64,000 nucleotides of DNA from a virus: IMG/VR virus record IMGVR_UViG_3300031950_000001, positions 80,056 through 144,055 of that record. One strand, 5' to 3'. Positions 27,397 through 37,901 of this stretch are shown here, one piece after another. Under the pieces are notes generated by a model, which was not told the origin of the DNA, made no database searches, and saw nothing but the letters and a program-made list of their open reading frames with translations. Positions within the stretch are counted from its first letter, which is position 1; each line of letters opens with the position of its first letter. Made by a program: the position numbers and the translations under genes.

Positions 27397-29172
27397 ATGG
27401 CTTCCGACGTCGTTAAATCCGATTCCGTTCCACAAGCTGCGGTCGCCGTCGATCCCAAGGAAATTCTCGAAAAGCTTGCCAAAACGGTTCAAGCCAACGA
27501 CAACACCAGCGCGCTTCTTCCGGTTCTTTTCTCGTTAAACGGCGAACCGCTTCGGCTGGAAGATCATTTTGTTTTCAAGCCGCTTTTTAACCTCCACCAG
27601 CCGATGGAAACGGTTCTGATGTGCGGTCGTCAAGTAGGGAAAACTACCAATATCGCGGTTCAGAGCCTTCTATTAGCCGCCAGCCTTCCCTACTTTACGG
27701 TTACCGTGGTCTTCCCTCGGGAAATTCATGCCGCCCGATTCAGTACCCTTTATCTTAGCCCGCTTCTCCGCTCATCAGTTATAAGCGATATTTTGATGGG
27801 CAAGGATAGCGTGGATCAGGTGTTCCAGAAAGACTTTACGAACGGATCCCATATCATCCTGACCTATGCTTACGATAATCCCGATCGAACACGTGGTATT
27901 GCGGCAACACGGCTATTGTGTGACGAAACACAAGATATGCTCCTTACGTCTATTGAAATCATTAAAGAGACGCTTTCTCATGCCAAATTTGGCGTACAGG
28001 CCCTTTATGCCGGAACTCCGAAAACGACAAGCAACACCTTAGCCACCCTCTGGTACCGAAGCAGCCAAGCGGAATGGTTTATACGTTGTACCCATTGTAC
28101 GACAAACGGTAAACCGACTTGGAACATTCCCTCGCCGGATCATCATTTAGAGAAGCTTCTGGGACCCGTCCATGAGAAAATTTCCGAAAGATACCCTGCC
28201 TTACTGTGTCATAAATGCCGACAACCGATTTCGCCGCGAAACGGGCAATGGGTCCATCGATATCGAGATAGGATCCCCGATTTTACGGGGTATCACGTCC
28301 CCCAAATTCTTCTTCCGCATCATTATGCCAACCCTAGAAACTGGGCAACGCTTCTAAAGAAGACGAACGGTCCAACATACATCTTCTACAACGAGGTCAT
28401 GGGGTGGCCATATGATGCTGCAGCCGCCATTGTAAGCGAGCAAGATTTGATCCGTGCCTCTACATTAGGGGAAAATAAAGATGAACTTGCGGTCCAAGAG
28501 GCTAAAAAATATACGGTTACGGCTCTTGGTGTAGACTGGGGCGGCGGCGGGGAGGATATGACGAGCTTTACCACCCTTGCGCTTGTAGGCCTCTGTCCGG
28601 ACGGCAAATTGCACGTCATTTGGGGGAAAAGGCTTCTTACGCCAAACGATCATCTTCGTGAGGCCGCCGAAATCTGCCGGTATTGCTGTTACTTTAACCC
28701 TACTTTTCTGGCCCACGACTACGGCGGAGGAGGTACGGTTCGTGAGACAATCCTTGTAAATGCCGGCTTTCCGGACCACAAAATCGTCCCCATGTTATAT
28801 GCGGGAACGAGCATGGCGGCCGTTTATAAGGTTAAAGAGCCGAACGAGCTTAACCCTCGTTCTTACATCCTCATTAATAAAACAAAGACCATTCAGATAC
28901 TTTGTGCGCTTATCAAACTTGGCCAGATTAGATTTTTTGCTTATAACAGGCAGAATCCGCAGGAATGCTTAACGGCCGATTTTCTGAATTTGAAAGAAGA
29001 GCGTACCGTTTCTCTCGTCCGCGAGCGCTATCATATCTCTAAGCAAACCGGCTCTATCGACGATTTCGTTCACGCCGTCAACTATGCGTGCATTGCCATA
29101 TGGCTAAATACGCGCTGGCCCGATATGGCAAATGCCGTGGCTGAATACGCGTCGGAGCAACTCGTCGAATAA
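27397..29172 (+). CDS. terminase large subunit (GpA-like)
   Basis: GRQVGKT Walker A, LCDE Walker B, GTPK, CTHC/CHKC, LGVDWG nuclease Asp, DDFVHAVNY. Confidence 0.88.
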   Translation: MASDVVKSDSVPQAAVAVDPKEILEKLAKTVQANDNTSALLPVLFSLNGEPLRLEDHFVFKPLFNLHQPMETVLMCGRQVGKTTNIAVQSLLLAASLPYFTVTVVFPREIHAARFSTLYLSPLLRSSVISDILMGKDSVDQVFQKDFTNGSHIILTYAYDNPDRTRGIAATRLLCDETQDMLLTSIEIIKETLSHAKFGVQALYAGTPKTTSNTLATLWYRSSQAEWFIRCTHCTTNGKPTWNIPSPDHHLEKLLGPVHEKISERYPALLCHKCRQPISPRNGQWVHRYRDRIPDFTGYHVPQILLPHHYANPRNWATLLKKTNGPTYIFYNEVMGWPYDAAAAIVSEQDLIRASTLGENKDELAVQEAKKYTVTALGVDWGGGGEDMTSFTTLALVGLCPDGKLHVIWGKRLLTPNDHLREAAEICRYCCYFNPTFLAHDYGGGGTVRETILVNAGFPDHKIVPMLYAGTSMAAVYKVKEPNELNPRSYILINKTKTIQILCALIKLGQIRFFAYNRQNPQECLTADFLNLKEERTVSLVRERYHISKQTGSIDDFVHAVNYACIAIWLNTRWPDMANAVAEYASEQLVE

Positions 29173-29356
29173 GTTATAATAAGATAAGTGAGAAATTAGA
29201 TTCCGGAATTTTAGCAGCCTACGATGAATACCCTTTTTGGGGGGTTTCGTCAGAATTTGATTCCGGAATCAAATTTTTTAAAATGTTACGAACGTCAAGA
29301 ATCGTAATAAATTTGATTCCGGAATCAAATTTTTTAACTCTATCGGAGGCAAGACG

Positions 29357-30526
29357 ATGGCATTTCTTGACCAGCGATCTGACAAAAGCGGCCAAAAAAC
29401 CGCCAGTATTATGACGAGTTTCCAGGCGCCAGCGTTTGTAAAGTCGGCATCGTTAGATCAAATCATGGGTAAGGAGGCCAAGGGTAGTCTTGACTATGCG
29501 GATCCGTATCATAAACGCTACCCGATTACAAATCCGGCAGCGATATGGATGTCGGCTGCCTATTTTTGGCTTGAAAAGAACGCCGATGAAGACGTAGAAC
29601 GTCGTATTATTGAGGCTGCCGAATTATTCAATATTAAAGATGAGGTTCTTCAGCTCAAAAGCGAAATCTCAAAGACCCTCGAAAAGCAGGCCGCTGACGA
29701 GGAAGTTTCCGACGATTACTTTGCCTTGGTCAAAGAAGTTGCTGGGCACAAGCGCCGTTACTATCCGCTTCGTAACCGCCAGGAAGTGAAAGTAGCGGCC
29801 CGATACTTTAACGAAAACCGGGCGAGCATTCCTCGGTTTGAAGACCGCTATCAGATGGCCAACAAAATTCTTGCGGCGGCCGAGCGAGAAGGCGTTTACA
29901 TCGGAGATGAGTTGGACGCACTTCTCAAATCGGCTTGTATCGGAGTACCGTCCTTTGACGGACTCTGCAAAGTAATCCGAAACCGGGTCAATATGGCTAA
30001 GGTCGATGGCAAATACGATCTTGCTGTCGAATTGGAGGAACTGGCCAAGAAGGTAACGCATCTCGAAAAAACGGCTTCGCTGAATATTGGCGAGGTTCAG
30101 GCAGTTCTGGAGCTTATCGATAATCTCGATAATACAAATAGGTGGACCCGCCATTACCATTTAGCGGGGCTTCCCGAAGATTATATCTTTACGGTTACGG
30201 AAAAGAGCGCTGAGTTAGTGAATATCGTCGTCAACCCCGATACGGGTGCTATTTATAACGCCGATGCTTTTAAGGACCTTACGCCTTCTTCGCTCATCCC
30301 ATCCCTCGGAGAAGATTTTGTTAAGTTGGCTTCAGATCCGGACGTTGATCGGTTCGATCAAAATCGGCTTCAAGAAGCGCTTTCGAACTATGGTTATGGT
30401 GCGATTTTCGATGACGTAATGGCGAGTCTAGGGATCGCCCCTATCATGAAAGTCGAGAAGGGTTATCAGATTCCGGACTATATGTGGTCAAGGTTGGCAC
30501 GCTATGGACGACCAATTGCAAGTTGA
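29357..30526 (+). CDS. probable head-assembly/structural protein rich in KxA motifs
   Basis: Follows the terminase. VKSA, EKNA, EKQA, VKVA, LKSA, EKTA, EKSA, VKLA. Confidence 0.5.
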   Translation: MAFLDQRSDKSGQKTASIMTSFQAPAFVKSASLDQIMGKEAKGSLDYADPYHKRYPITNPAAIWMSAAYFWLEKNADEDVERRIIEAAELFNIKDEVLQLKSEISKTLEKQAADEEVSDDYFALVKEVAGHKRRYYPLRNRQEVKVAARYFNENRASIPRFEDRYQMANKILAAAEREGVYIGDELDALLKSACIGVPSFDGLCKVIRNRVNMAKVDGKYDLAVELEELAKKVTHLEKTASLNIGEVQAVLELIDNLDNTNRWTRHYHLAGLPEDYIFTVTEKSAELVNIVVNPDTGAIYNADAFKDLTPSSLIPSLGEDFVKLASDPDVDRFDQNRLQEALSNYGYGAIFDDVMASLGIAPIMKVEKGYQIPDYMWSRLARYGRPIAS

Positions 30527-30848
30527 TGCTAGCGTTATTGAAGGTTTGGCCGTGGCACTTAAACAGGCCGCAGAGGCTATGAAAAATATCGATAAATCGA
30601 AGCTTTACCTTGTCATTGCTTCTGTAACCGGCCGACCTTCTGTATTTGAATTTGACTCGATTGAGCAGTGTAAGGCCAAAGTGGCCGAACTGCACCAAGA
30701 AAAGAAAGACTATCCTCTCTTTGTTTATTTGTTTGAAGGTAGGAAGTGGAGCGTCCGTAATAGTCCTCTGTCTCTAGTGTCTCCCGATGGCCAGTTTTAT
30801 CTTATTCGTCCTGAGTCTATAACCGAGGAGCAAGTCGATGTCATCTGA
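30504..30848 (+). CDS. hypothetical protein
   Basis: ORF overlapping its neighbours in the operon. Confidence 0.6.
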   Translation: MDDQLQVDASVIEGLAVALKQAAEAMKNIDKSKLYLVIASVTGRPSVFEFDSIEQCKAKVAELHQEKKDYPLFVYLFEGRKWSVRNSPLSLVSPDGQFYLIRPESITEEQVDVI

Positions 30849-31497
30849 CGTTCCTGAAACCGAGGTTTCCTTGCTTCAGAACGAGGATAAATATAAAGCT
30901 TTAGGAATACAGATTGTCGAGGATGACGTTCATGTCGTCGGAAAAGGCATGTTTTACAGCGTCCCAAAGTCTAAAGGAGGTGTTATGACCTGGTATAACC
31001 CAAACAAAGTCGAAACGGTAATCGTAGATCCGGGTACTGAGTTTGAGCGGATATTTAACCCGACAACCGGAAGGTCGGAACCTTCCAAAGGAGCTGCCGA
31101 ACTTTTAAAAGCAGTAATCCAAGAACACGGTAGCGGTCCTCCGTCCGCAAGTCCAGGATATGCTCAGCCAGCTTTTGTTCCGGAAACCATTCATAAAAAC
31201 GAGCTAAAGGTAACCTTCGCTGTTACTGGTTCGCCAATCCTAATTACAAGTCGGTATTACAAACACATCATTACCGAGAACAAGCGATTCATCATTCTCA
31301 TTAAGTCATTGGCCGATAGAGGCGAAGAGATGCTTGATTTTGTCTCTTCAAACGAGTCGACCATCGGCATTCATGTGGACGGGCTCGACAGCGTTCTCGT
31401 AACGACAACTGCCGAGTATACCGCTTTTGAATTTAACGGGTTCAAATTCCAAATCTTTAAGATTCTTGACGAACGATTTCCAGGCAGGCCGTCATGA
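30838..31497 (+). CDS. hypothetical protein
   Basis: ORF overlapping its neighbours in the operon. Confidence 0.6.
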   Translation: MSSDVPETEVSLLQNEDKYKALGIQIVEDDVHVVGKGMFYSVPKSKGGVMTWYNPNKVETVIVDPGTEFERIFNPTTGRSEPSKGAAELLKAVIQEHGSGPPSASPGYAQPAFVPETIHKNELKVTFAVTGSPILITSRYYKHIITENKRFIILIKSLADRGEEMLDFVSSNESTIGIHVDGLDSVLVTTTAEYTAFEFNGFKFQIFKILDERFPGRPS

Positions 31498-33416
31498 TTG
31501 ATAACCCATTCCAGACAACCGGTGCTGGGCCGTTTGGAGACGCCTATACTTATCGTGCCCGCTTTCAACCATTTCCAGCGCCTTGGTTTGATTATGCTAG
31601 CACCCAGCTTCCTGCGACGCTATGGGATGCTCTGCGTTGGTGTGAGTTTCTCGTAACGACGCAGCCGGTCTATAGATCGGCGATTGAACGAATCATTTCC
31701 TACTTTATTACTGAAATCGAGGTTACCGGCACCGATCGAGAAGGAAAACGGAGCTATAAAGACCTCCTTGAGAACGTCTTAGGCATTTATGGCCATTTAA
31801 AGTCGTTCGGTCTGGACTATTTCACGTATGGCAACTCTTTTGTTAGCGTCATCGCTCCGTTCGAGAAGTTTGCCAGGTGTACCAATAAGGAATGCTCGTT
31901 TGAGACAACCGTTCTTCGTCTTTTCGACAATAAAGATAACAACAAAGCACGATGGACCGACGGCGAGCTTTTCGCAACATGCCCTGCCTGCAAAAGGAAT
32001 GTCAAATGGCACGTCATTTCGCGACGTAATTTAACTGCCGAAAAGCTCGTTATAAAGCGTTGGTCGCCATTTGAGATCGAAATCGAATTCGATCCCTTCT
32101 CCGGCGCAACACGACATATTTGGCGTATTCCAGCCTACTTTAGAACCGAAGTCGCGAAAGGCTCTCCTCTTACCATCGCCAATGCACCGGATGAAGTTTT
32201 GCTAGCGGCTACGCGGAATCAGAATATCCGGTTCTATCCTTCGGAGATTTTCCACGCCAAAGTACCTACTTTGGCGGGGCATATCCTCCGCGGATGGGGT
32301 ATAAGTCCCGTTTTGGCGCATTTCAGGCAGGCGTGGCTTGTCGCACTGTTCCATAGACATAACGAAGCTGTTGCGCTTGACTACATCATTCCGCTACGGA
32401 TTCTTACCCCCGCAACGAGGGGAGGGGCATTAGGGGATTCGCTAATGGCGGGGGATGCGGGCATTATTTCGCAACAGCTTCATTTTGCCGTTCAAGCCCG
32501 TAGATACGATCCGACTAGTTGGGCTATCTTTCCGTTTCCGGTTCAATATCAATTTGTGGGAGCAGAAGCTAGTCATTTAGCCCCGGTTCAGCTGTTGGAT
32601 TATGTGCGTGCCGAGCTTTTAGAATCTGTCGGCATCCCGATGGAGCTTTATCGAGGCTCGTTGTCAGTTCAAGCCGCCCCAGCAGCATTACGACTGTTTG
32701 AGGCGAACTGGTCTTACATTATTCATATCTTTAACCGGTTCTTGCAATGGGTTGCAGATAAGATTGCTGCCCTCTTAGATTGGGACCGAGTCCAGGTCAA
32801 GCTGGTTAAGCCGTCCATTAGTGATGACATCAATAAACAGCTGGCCAAGATACAGCTTATGCAAGCTGGGCTGGTCTCCAAGCAAACCGCCCTCAAAGCG
32901 CTCGGCATCGAAGATTTCCTCGAAGAGACGCAGCAGGCTCTTACGGAGGAGAAACAGCTCACGACACTGCTCGAAAAGAGCAAGGAGGATATCGAAAAGA
33001 GCCAAGCTATGCGTCAATTGCTAAGCTTGCCTGCAGGGGCCGGAGAGCAAGCCGCGCAGGGCGCAGTTATTGGTGGTCCTCCTCCCGCGGTAATGGGGGG
33101 AGGCATGCCTCCACAGCAGGGTGGCGGCGGAGGTGCTCCTCAAGGTCCGATGCCGATGCCTGGCCCAGTGTCGCCTACGGATCAAGTGCTGGCACAGCTG
33201 ACTATGCGTCAATCGACCATGACCGTCCAAGATTTGGAACAGGTCGCTACAACGTTTGCTCAGCAGCTTATGCAGATGCCGCTTGGTCAGCGTATTAGCG
33301 AACTGAGACGGCTTCGGGTGAAGAATCCTACTGTCCATGCCCTTGTTAAAGCAAAAGTCGAGGAAATGGACCGTGAAATGACGCGACGGGCAAGACAGAC
33401 GATGATGCCGCGCTAG
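31494..33416 (+). CDS. probable portal protein
   Basis: 640 aa near the terminase. DYFTYGNSF, IFH...GWGISP, IIPLRI motifs typical of large-phage portals; Pro/Gly/Gln-rich C-terminus. Confidence 0.6.
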   Translation: MIDNPFQTTGAGPFGDAYTYRARFQPFPAPWFDYASTQLPATLWDALRWCEFLVTTQPVYRSAIERIISYFITEIEVTGTDREGKRSYKDLLENVLGIYGHLKSFGLDYFTYGNSFVSVIAPFEKFARCTNKECSFETTVLRLFDNKDNNKARWTDGELFATCPACKRNVKWHVISRRNLTAEKLVIKRWSPFEIEIEFDPFSGATRHIWRIPAYFRTEVAKGSPLTIANAPDEVLLAATRNQNIRFYPSEIFHAKVPTLAGHILRGWGISPVLAHFRQAWLVALFHRHNEAVALDYIIPLRILTPATRGGALGDSLMAGDAGIISQQLHFAVQARRYDPTSWAIFPFPVQYQFVGAEASHLAPVQLLDYVRAELLESVGIPMELYRGSLSVQAAPAALRLFEANWSYIIHIFNRFLQWVADKIAALLDWDRVQVKLVKPSISDDINKQLAKIQLMQAGLVSKQTALKALGIEDFLEETQQALTEEKQLTTLLEKSKEDIEKSQAMRQLLSLPAGAGEQAAQGAVIGGPPPAVMGGGMPPQQGGGGGAPQGPMPMPGPVSPTDQVLAQLTMRQSTMTVQDLEQVATTFAQQLMQMPLGQRISELRRLRVKNPTVHALVKAKVEEMDREMTRRARQTMMPR

Positions 33417-33440
33417 AAATTTGATTCCGGAATCAAATTT

Positions 33441-33794
33441 ATGGAAATCTTTTGGATTCACGAGCTTCCAAAGGATCCGCAATCTCTCGTGATCCCCGGC
33501 GTTCCGTCTCTTTATGAGCGACTATATGAAGATGAGGAGGCGGAGCGGAAGGATATTCTACGCTGTTTCATGCAACTTAAGTCCGAACTAGCATTGACTC
33601 AAGAGTCGATTGACGTTGATGACTTAAAACCGGTCGATGTGTTAAACGAGAATGTTTACGACGAGCAGCCACATGTAATAGTCAATGTGCCGAAAAAAGA
33701 GGATGGGTCGGATGATCAAGACGAGCGTGCTACGCCAGCGAATTTACTTCAAGCGCTTCGCCGCTTGAGTACGGATAGAAAAGGGTCGAAATAA
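33441..33794 (+). CDS. hypothetical acidic protein
   Basis: ATG directly after a palindrome copy; stop overlaps the next start. Confidence 0.5.
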   Translation: MEIFWIHELPKDPQSLVIPGVPSLYERLYEDEEAERKDILRCFMQLKSELALTQESIDVDDLKPVDVLNENVYDEQPHVIVNVPKKEDGSDDQDERATPANLLQALRRLSTDRKGSK

Positions 33795-36787
33795 TGGGTC
33801 TTAGCTACGAGGCAATAAGATGGTTGCTCGACCTTTTAATGACGAAAACGGCGCAGCAGATACAACCGCTTGTGTTGCCGCCGAACCTCCATGGCAACGA
33901 TTCTATGCAGTTGCCTCGCCCCGATGATTCTATACGACAGGGAACTAATGGTCCTTTTACGGGGCCGCAGTTGACTCTCCGCGCCGCTGATCCTAGGCAG
34001 TCTAGCATTAATAATTTGTTTAATCCTCAGTGGCCATATTCCCCCGGCAAGACGTCTACGCCGGAGGGATCTTGGAATCGTTTTGGTCGTGCGGAGTCCG
34101 CCGGTGCCACTCTTTTTGGTCCTCGGTACGAATTTGAGTCTTTGCTAAGGCTCCCTCCGGCTGGTCCTTTGCGTGTTCAACCACTTGCTAGCGAGCCATT
34201 CGCTAGTAATCGGCCGCCGCATGAGCTCCTGAATATAAGTGGTCACGGAGGTGACTGGACTATACCTGCGCGGGAGCCGCAAAACAGTTTAGTACTATAT
34301 CTTAATCGGCGTTACGACGATGCGGTAATGGATGAATCGCTAAGTCATGTCGACCTCTTTCGTTTTAAGGATTTTCCTAGGGCTATGGAGGAGTATCTCA
34401 AGCTATTGACCGGGCAAGATAATATGTTTTATCGTATGAATCTTAGAACCGCAGAGCGCGGCTCTCTTGACGCGTCTAACATTCTCGTTGCATTGTTTAG
34501 CCGCCGCCCTCTTGACCCGTCTAACAGTCCCATCGCATTGTTTGACGGACTGAACCGAACTATCGATCAGTACAGATACGTACAAGGTCATCCGCGTCAC
34601 GGTTCCGCGTCTCGATTTATTTCGCGGGTCAACGAGAAACTGAAGGCTATTCCAACTCCGCTAGATGCTGGGTCGTATGCTTTTTTCGGTGAGGTACCCG
34701 AATATACCTTGGGTGCAATGGCCGCATACGGGACGCCCGGGAGAGATCGTCCAGAACATTACACGTCTGCTATTGTACCGTTGATATGGCAACCGATTAC
34801 ATGGCCTCCGCTACATGAGTCGTTCCACATCGGTACCATGTCAGCGTACGCTGGCGCAGGGCTTCTAGCTCTGCAACTGCTTTCATGGATTCCGCATCCT
34901 TCTGCGGGAGCCGTTCGTGGAGTTGCGGCGAATGCTCGTCATGCGCTGCGGCTACTTCAGCATGGCGCACACCGACTTGGACGCGTTAGTGGCTATGTCG
35001 CATCGAATATCGTGTGGCCGATTATCTTGCCGGACATTTTTAAGGACACTACCACGGGGGTCATAAGCGCTTGGAAGACCCTTGTCGACGATCCCGATTA
35101 TCGCGTACTGACATTAAATAATACGCTCACCCATTTCGCTTGTCGTACTCCGATTATAGGCCCCGACGGTCGCATGTCGACATTTTGGGATGCTAGCTAT
35201 GATATCCCGCACATGATGCGCAATCCGCTTATGCGCTCGTTCTTTAGTACGAAAGTCGCCGCGGGGGCGCTTGGGGTGTGGCCTGATGATCCTCAATATA
35301 ATGATGTTCTGTCCGAAGCGAGTGACCGCATACCCGAACGTGTTCATAAGGTACGACACGAGATGAGTCCAACGTACCGTATATCCGCCGAAAGCATGAC
35401 CGTTCTAACATTAACGACACCGTTACTATTTCCGAATACCGATTTTGCACCGGTGACACACATCTATGCTGATCGTGTCGAAGAAAGAGAGGTCCTTCAT
35501 GGGATCATAGAGAAGTATAAAGATCAATATGCAAAAATGCAGCCGAACGACCCAGCATACGATGCAAGGGTAAAACGAGGGGCTTCTCTATTGGCGTCTA
35601 ATTGGGAGAAGTTGCAAGAGCCGGATCTAAGGGTCGCAAACCAGTTTGTTGGCGACATGCAGGTAGCCGCAAGCGGCCGTGGTCTTAAATATCACGTCTT
35701 GCCGAAATTGATGATGGCTAGGTATCCGGGATCGGAGATTTTAGCAGATATCTTCCGTCCCGGCCAGACGTCCACACCGATAGAAAACGAAATCCGCAGC
35801 TTGACGCTTTCGGAAGCTGAACTTGCCAAGTATACATTTCGACTTTTGTCGTATATGAACGTTGCATCGGATGAACGTGGTAGGATATGGTTTAGCTTCG
35901 ATGCCGAAGCGTTAAAGACGGACGCGGATCGAGCCACGTTTTTTAACGATGCTGCCAAATTTAGTGTCTTACTTGAATGGTATCTAAACCGTGGTATAAA
36001 TCAACTGCAGGCAGAACAGCTTCAGAATCCTCATCTCGAAATGGTCCGTAAAGCTGACGACATCGCTCAGCGCTTAATTAGGGACCTAGGCGGTAGCCTA
36101 TCGGAAGCGACTGAGCAAGGTGCAAGTACGCTGCAGGCCCTGCGCAATCCAACTATTAGGCATTTAGTTTACAGCCGAATCTTTAACGCAGAATGGGTTG
36201 CAACGCAACTTGCTCTTTCGCCTTCGGAAAACGATCGAAAACAAATTTTTAACAACGTGTATAGATATAGCCCATTTATTGCTGTACAAGCGCGCCAGTT
36301 GCAACTCGATAAGGAATGGCAGAGACAACAATACCGTGCTACTGGCAACGCTCAAATACTCGACGAATCGTTGCGGGACCAGGTTGACCAGTTGGAGGAG
36401 CCCTTCTATTTTGCATATGCGGCAGCGACCAAAGATGCGCAAGTTACGGCTGCATTTACGCCTATGGATATGTCACTTGGCGCACTTGCCAAACAAATGG
36501 CATATCGGTGGGTGCCACAACCAAAATGGATGGTTGCCTGTTTCCAGGCTAGAGACGCGATTGCCGCTGCTCCTCTATTCCATCGCTACACGTTATTGTT
36601 GTATCCAGTTGCAGCATTCGCCCGAGGCTACGTTGATAGAACTGGGAAAGCATATAAAGAACACGCTATCGCGGCGGCCGACGAGGAACTGGCTCGTGGG
36701 TCGGACTTTGCCCAACTACTAAACGCGGGGCCTGCACGGACCGGCGAAGTTGTTTTATTGCTGAGGGAGTTGTTACCTAAGAAGTGA
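33794..36787 (+). CDS. large hypothetical protein (possible internal virion protein)
   Basis: 997-aa ORF with N-terminal TKTA motif; no recognisable catalytic motif. Confidence 0.6.
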   Translation: MGLSYEAIRWLLDLLMTKTAQQIQPLVLPPNLHGNDSMQLPRPDDSIRQGTNGPFTGPQLTLRAADPRQSSINNLFNPQWPYSPGKTSTPEGSWNRFGRAESAGATLFGPRYEFESLLRLPPAGPLRVQPLASEPFASNRPPHELLNISGHGGDWTIPAREPQNSLVLYLNRRYDDAVMDESLSHVDLFRFKDFPRAMEEYLKLLTGQDNMFYRMNLRTAERGSLDASNILVALFSRRPLDPSNSPIALFDGLNRTIDQYRYVQGHPRHGSASRFISRVNEKLKAIPTPLDAGSYAFFGEVPEYTLGAMAAYGTPGRDRPEHYTSAIVPLIWQPITWPPLHESFHIGTMSAYAGAGLLALQLLSWIPHPSAGAVRGVAANARHALRLLQHGAHRLGRVSGYVASNIVWPIILPDIFKDTTTGVISAWKTLVDDPDYRVLTLNNTLTHFACRTPIIGPDGRMSTFWDASYDIPHMMRNPLMRSFFSTKVAAGALGVWPDDPQYNDVLSEASDRIPERVHKVRHEMSPTYRISAESMTVLTLTTPLLFPNTDFAPVTHIYADRVEEREVLHGIIEKYKDQYAKMQPNDPAYDARVKRGASLLASNWEKLQEPDLRVANQFVGDMQVAASGRGLKYHVLPKLMMARYPGSEILADIFRPGQTSTPIENEIRSLTLSEAELAKYTFRLLSYMNVASDERGRIWFSFDAEALKTDADRATFFNDAAKFSVLLEWYLNRGINQLQAEQLQNPHLEMVRKADDIAQRLIRDLGGSLSEATEQGASTLQALRNPTIRHLVYSRIFNAEWVATQLALSPSENDRKQIFNNVYRYSPFIAVQARQLQLDKEWQRQQYRATGNAQILDESLRDQVDQLEEPFYFAYAAATKDAQVTAAFTPMDMSLGALAKQMAYRWVPQPKWMVACFQARDAIAAAPLFHRYTLLLYPVAAFARGYVDRTGKAYKEHAIAAADEELARGSDFAQLLNAGPARTGEVVLLLRELLPKK

Positions 36788-36793
36788 TTCAAT

Positions 36794-37279
36794 ATGACCT
36801 TTATCGACGTATTAAACACTAAGATCGCAGACTTTGCTGCCGACCCGGATAAGGTTTTGTCCGAATCGGCAGATGACTTATTACGTCGTCTTGACGTCGG
36901 TTCGCCGTCCACAGACGACGTCGCGACGTCTCTTATATATTTTGTTGCCACGTATGGGCTTAATCAGCTACGTCATATTCCTTTGGAAAGAATGTTAGAA
37001 TTAATTTATAGGGGCGAACTCCCAGAAACGCCTACGGAAATTGCAGTTATTGTTTCGTCTGCCCTAAAGCTTGATAAGTTCGACTACAGTACGTTAGGCG
37101 GAAGTCGTGTATTGGATTTTTGGACTGAGCTTACAGTCCAAGATCGTCTGTGTACGATTGCGGGCGTGCCGGATATTGTATTTGACGCGTTAAAGAAGTG
37201 TGTCGAGTCGGAAGATCGTGCAGAGGCAATCATTTTGGCTTTGGTTAGTCACATGAAATCACTCCTAAAGGTCGATTAG
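36794..37279 (+). CDS. hypothetical protein
   Basis: 161-aa ORF in the operon. Confidence 0.6.
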   Translation: MTFIDVLNTKIADFAADPDKVLSESADDLLRRLDVGSPSTDDVATSLIYFVATYGLNQLRHIPLERMLELIYRGELPETPTEIAVIVSSALKLDKFDYSTLGGSRVLDFWTELTVQDRLCTIAGVPDIVFDALKKCVESEDRAEAIILALVSHMKSLLKVD

Positions 37280-37294
37280 TCGGAGAGGTACATC

Positions 37295-37543
37295 ATGTTT
37301 AAGAAAGGAAAAATAAAGAAGATTTTCCACGACAAAGGGTATGGTTTCATCGTACCCAATGGTGGGGGTGCAGATGTCTTTTTCCATGTCAAATCCTACG
37401 TCGGCGATATTCCTTTTACCGAACTTCAGCCCGGTTATGAAATCGAATATGAAGATTACATCGTCAATTCGCGAATCCGAACCAAATTAGTCAAGTTTAC
37501 AAAGGACATCAGTGATGACACCGTTAACACTTCAGGATCGTGA
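37295..37543 (+). CDS. cold-shock domain protein
   Basis: KGKIK..KGYGFI (RNP1), DVFFHVK (RNP2). Confidence 0.88.
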   Translation: MFKKGKIKKIFHDKGYGFIVPNGGGADVFFHVKSYVGDIPFTELQPGYEIEYEDYIVNSRIRTKLVKFTKDISDDTVNTSGS

Positions 37544-37838
37544 ATGGGTAACTGCCGTTATTGAATCCACCGTTGCCAAGGCAATGATTGAGTTTAAGGA
37601 TGAAAATGCAAAGCTCAGGGAAGAACTTATTGCTACAACAAGGGATCTATCAAAGTCCTTGGAGGAATACGTCCATCGACAGCTCAAGGAGTGTCAGACA
37701 ACTTGTCGAGAACGACAGTATGGTTTTCTCCAACATCTCATTGCCGGAGCCGTAGGTGGATTGGTCGTAGGTGCTGCTACGAACGGACATAATATTTTTA
37801 GTATCATACAGGGAATCATTCGATATATTTTCTCGTGA
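37512..37838 (+). CDS. small coiled-coil protein with C-terminal hydrophobic segment
   Basis: Coiled coil followed by LIAGAVGGLVVGAA. Confidence 0.55.
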   Translation: MMTPLTLQDREWVTAVIESTVAKAMIEFKDENAKLREELIATTRDLSKSLEEYVHRQLKECQTTCRERQYGFLQHLIAGAVGGLVVGAATNGHNIFSIIQGIIRYIFS

Positions 37839-37901
37839 TTTTCATTCCCTCCTTGAGCGTGCGGGTTTGCTCGACTGCTTCCTGGCATTGGACGTCGAAA
37901 A

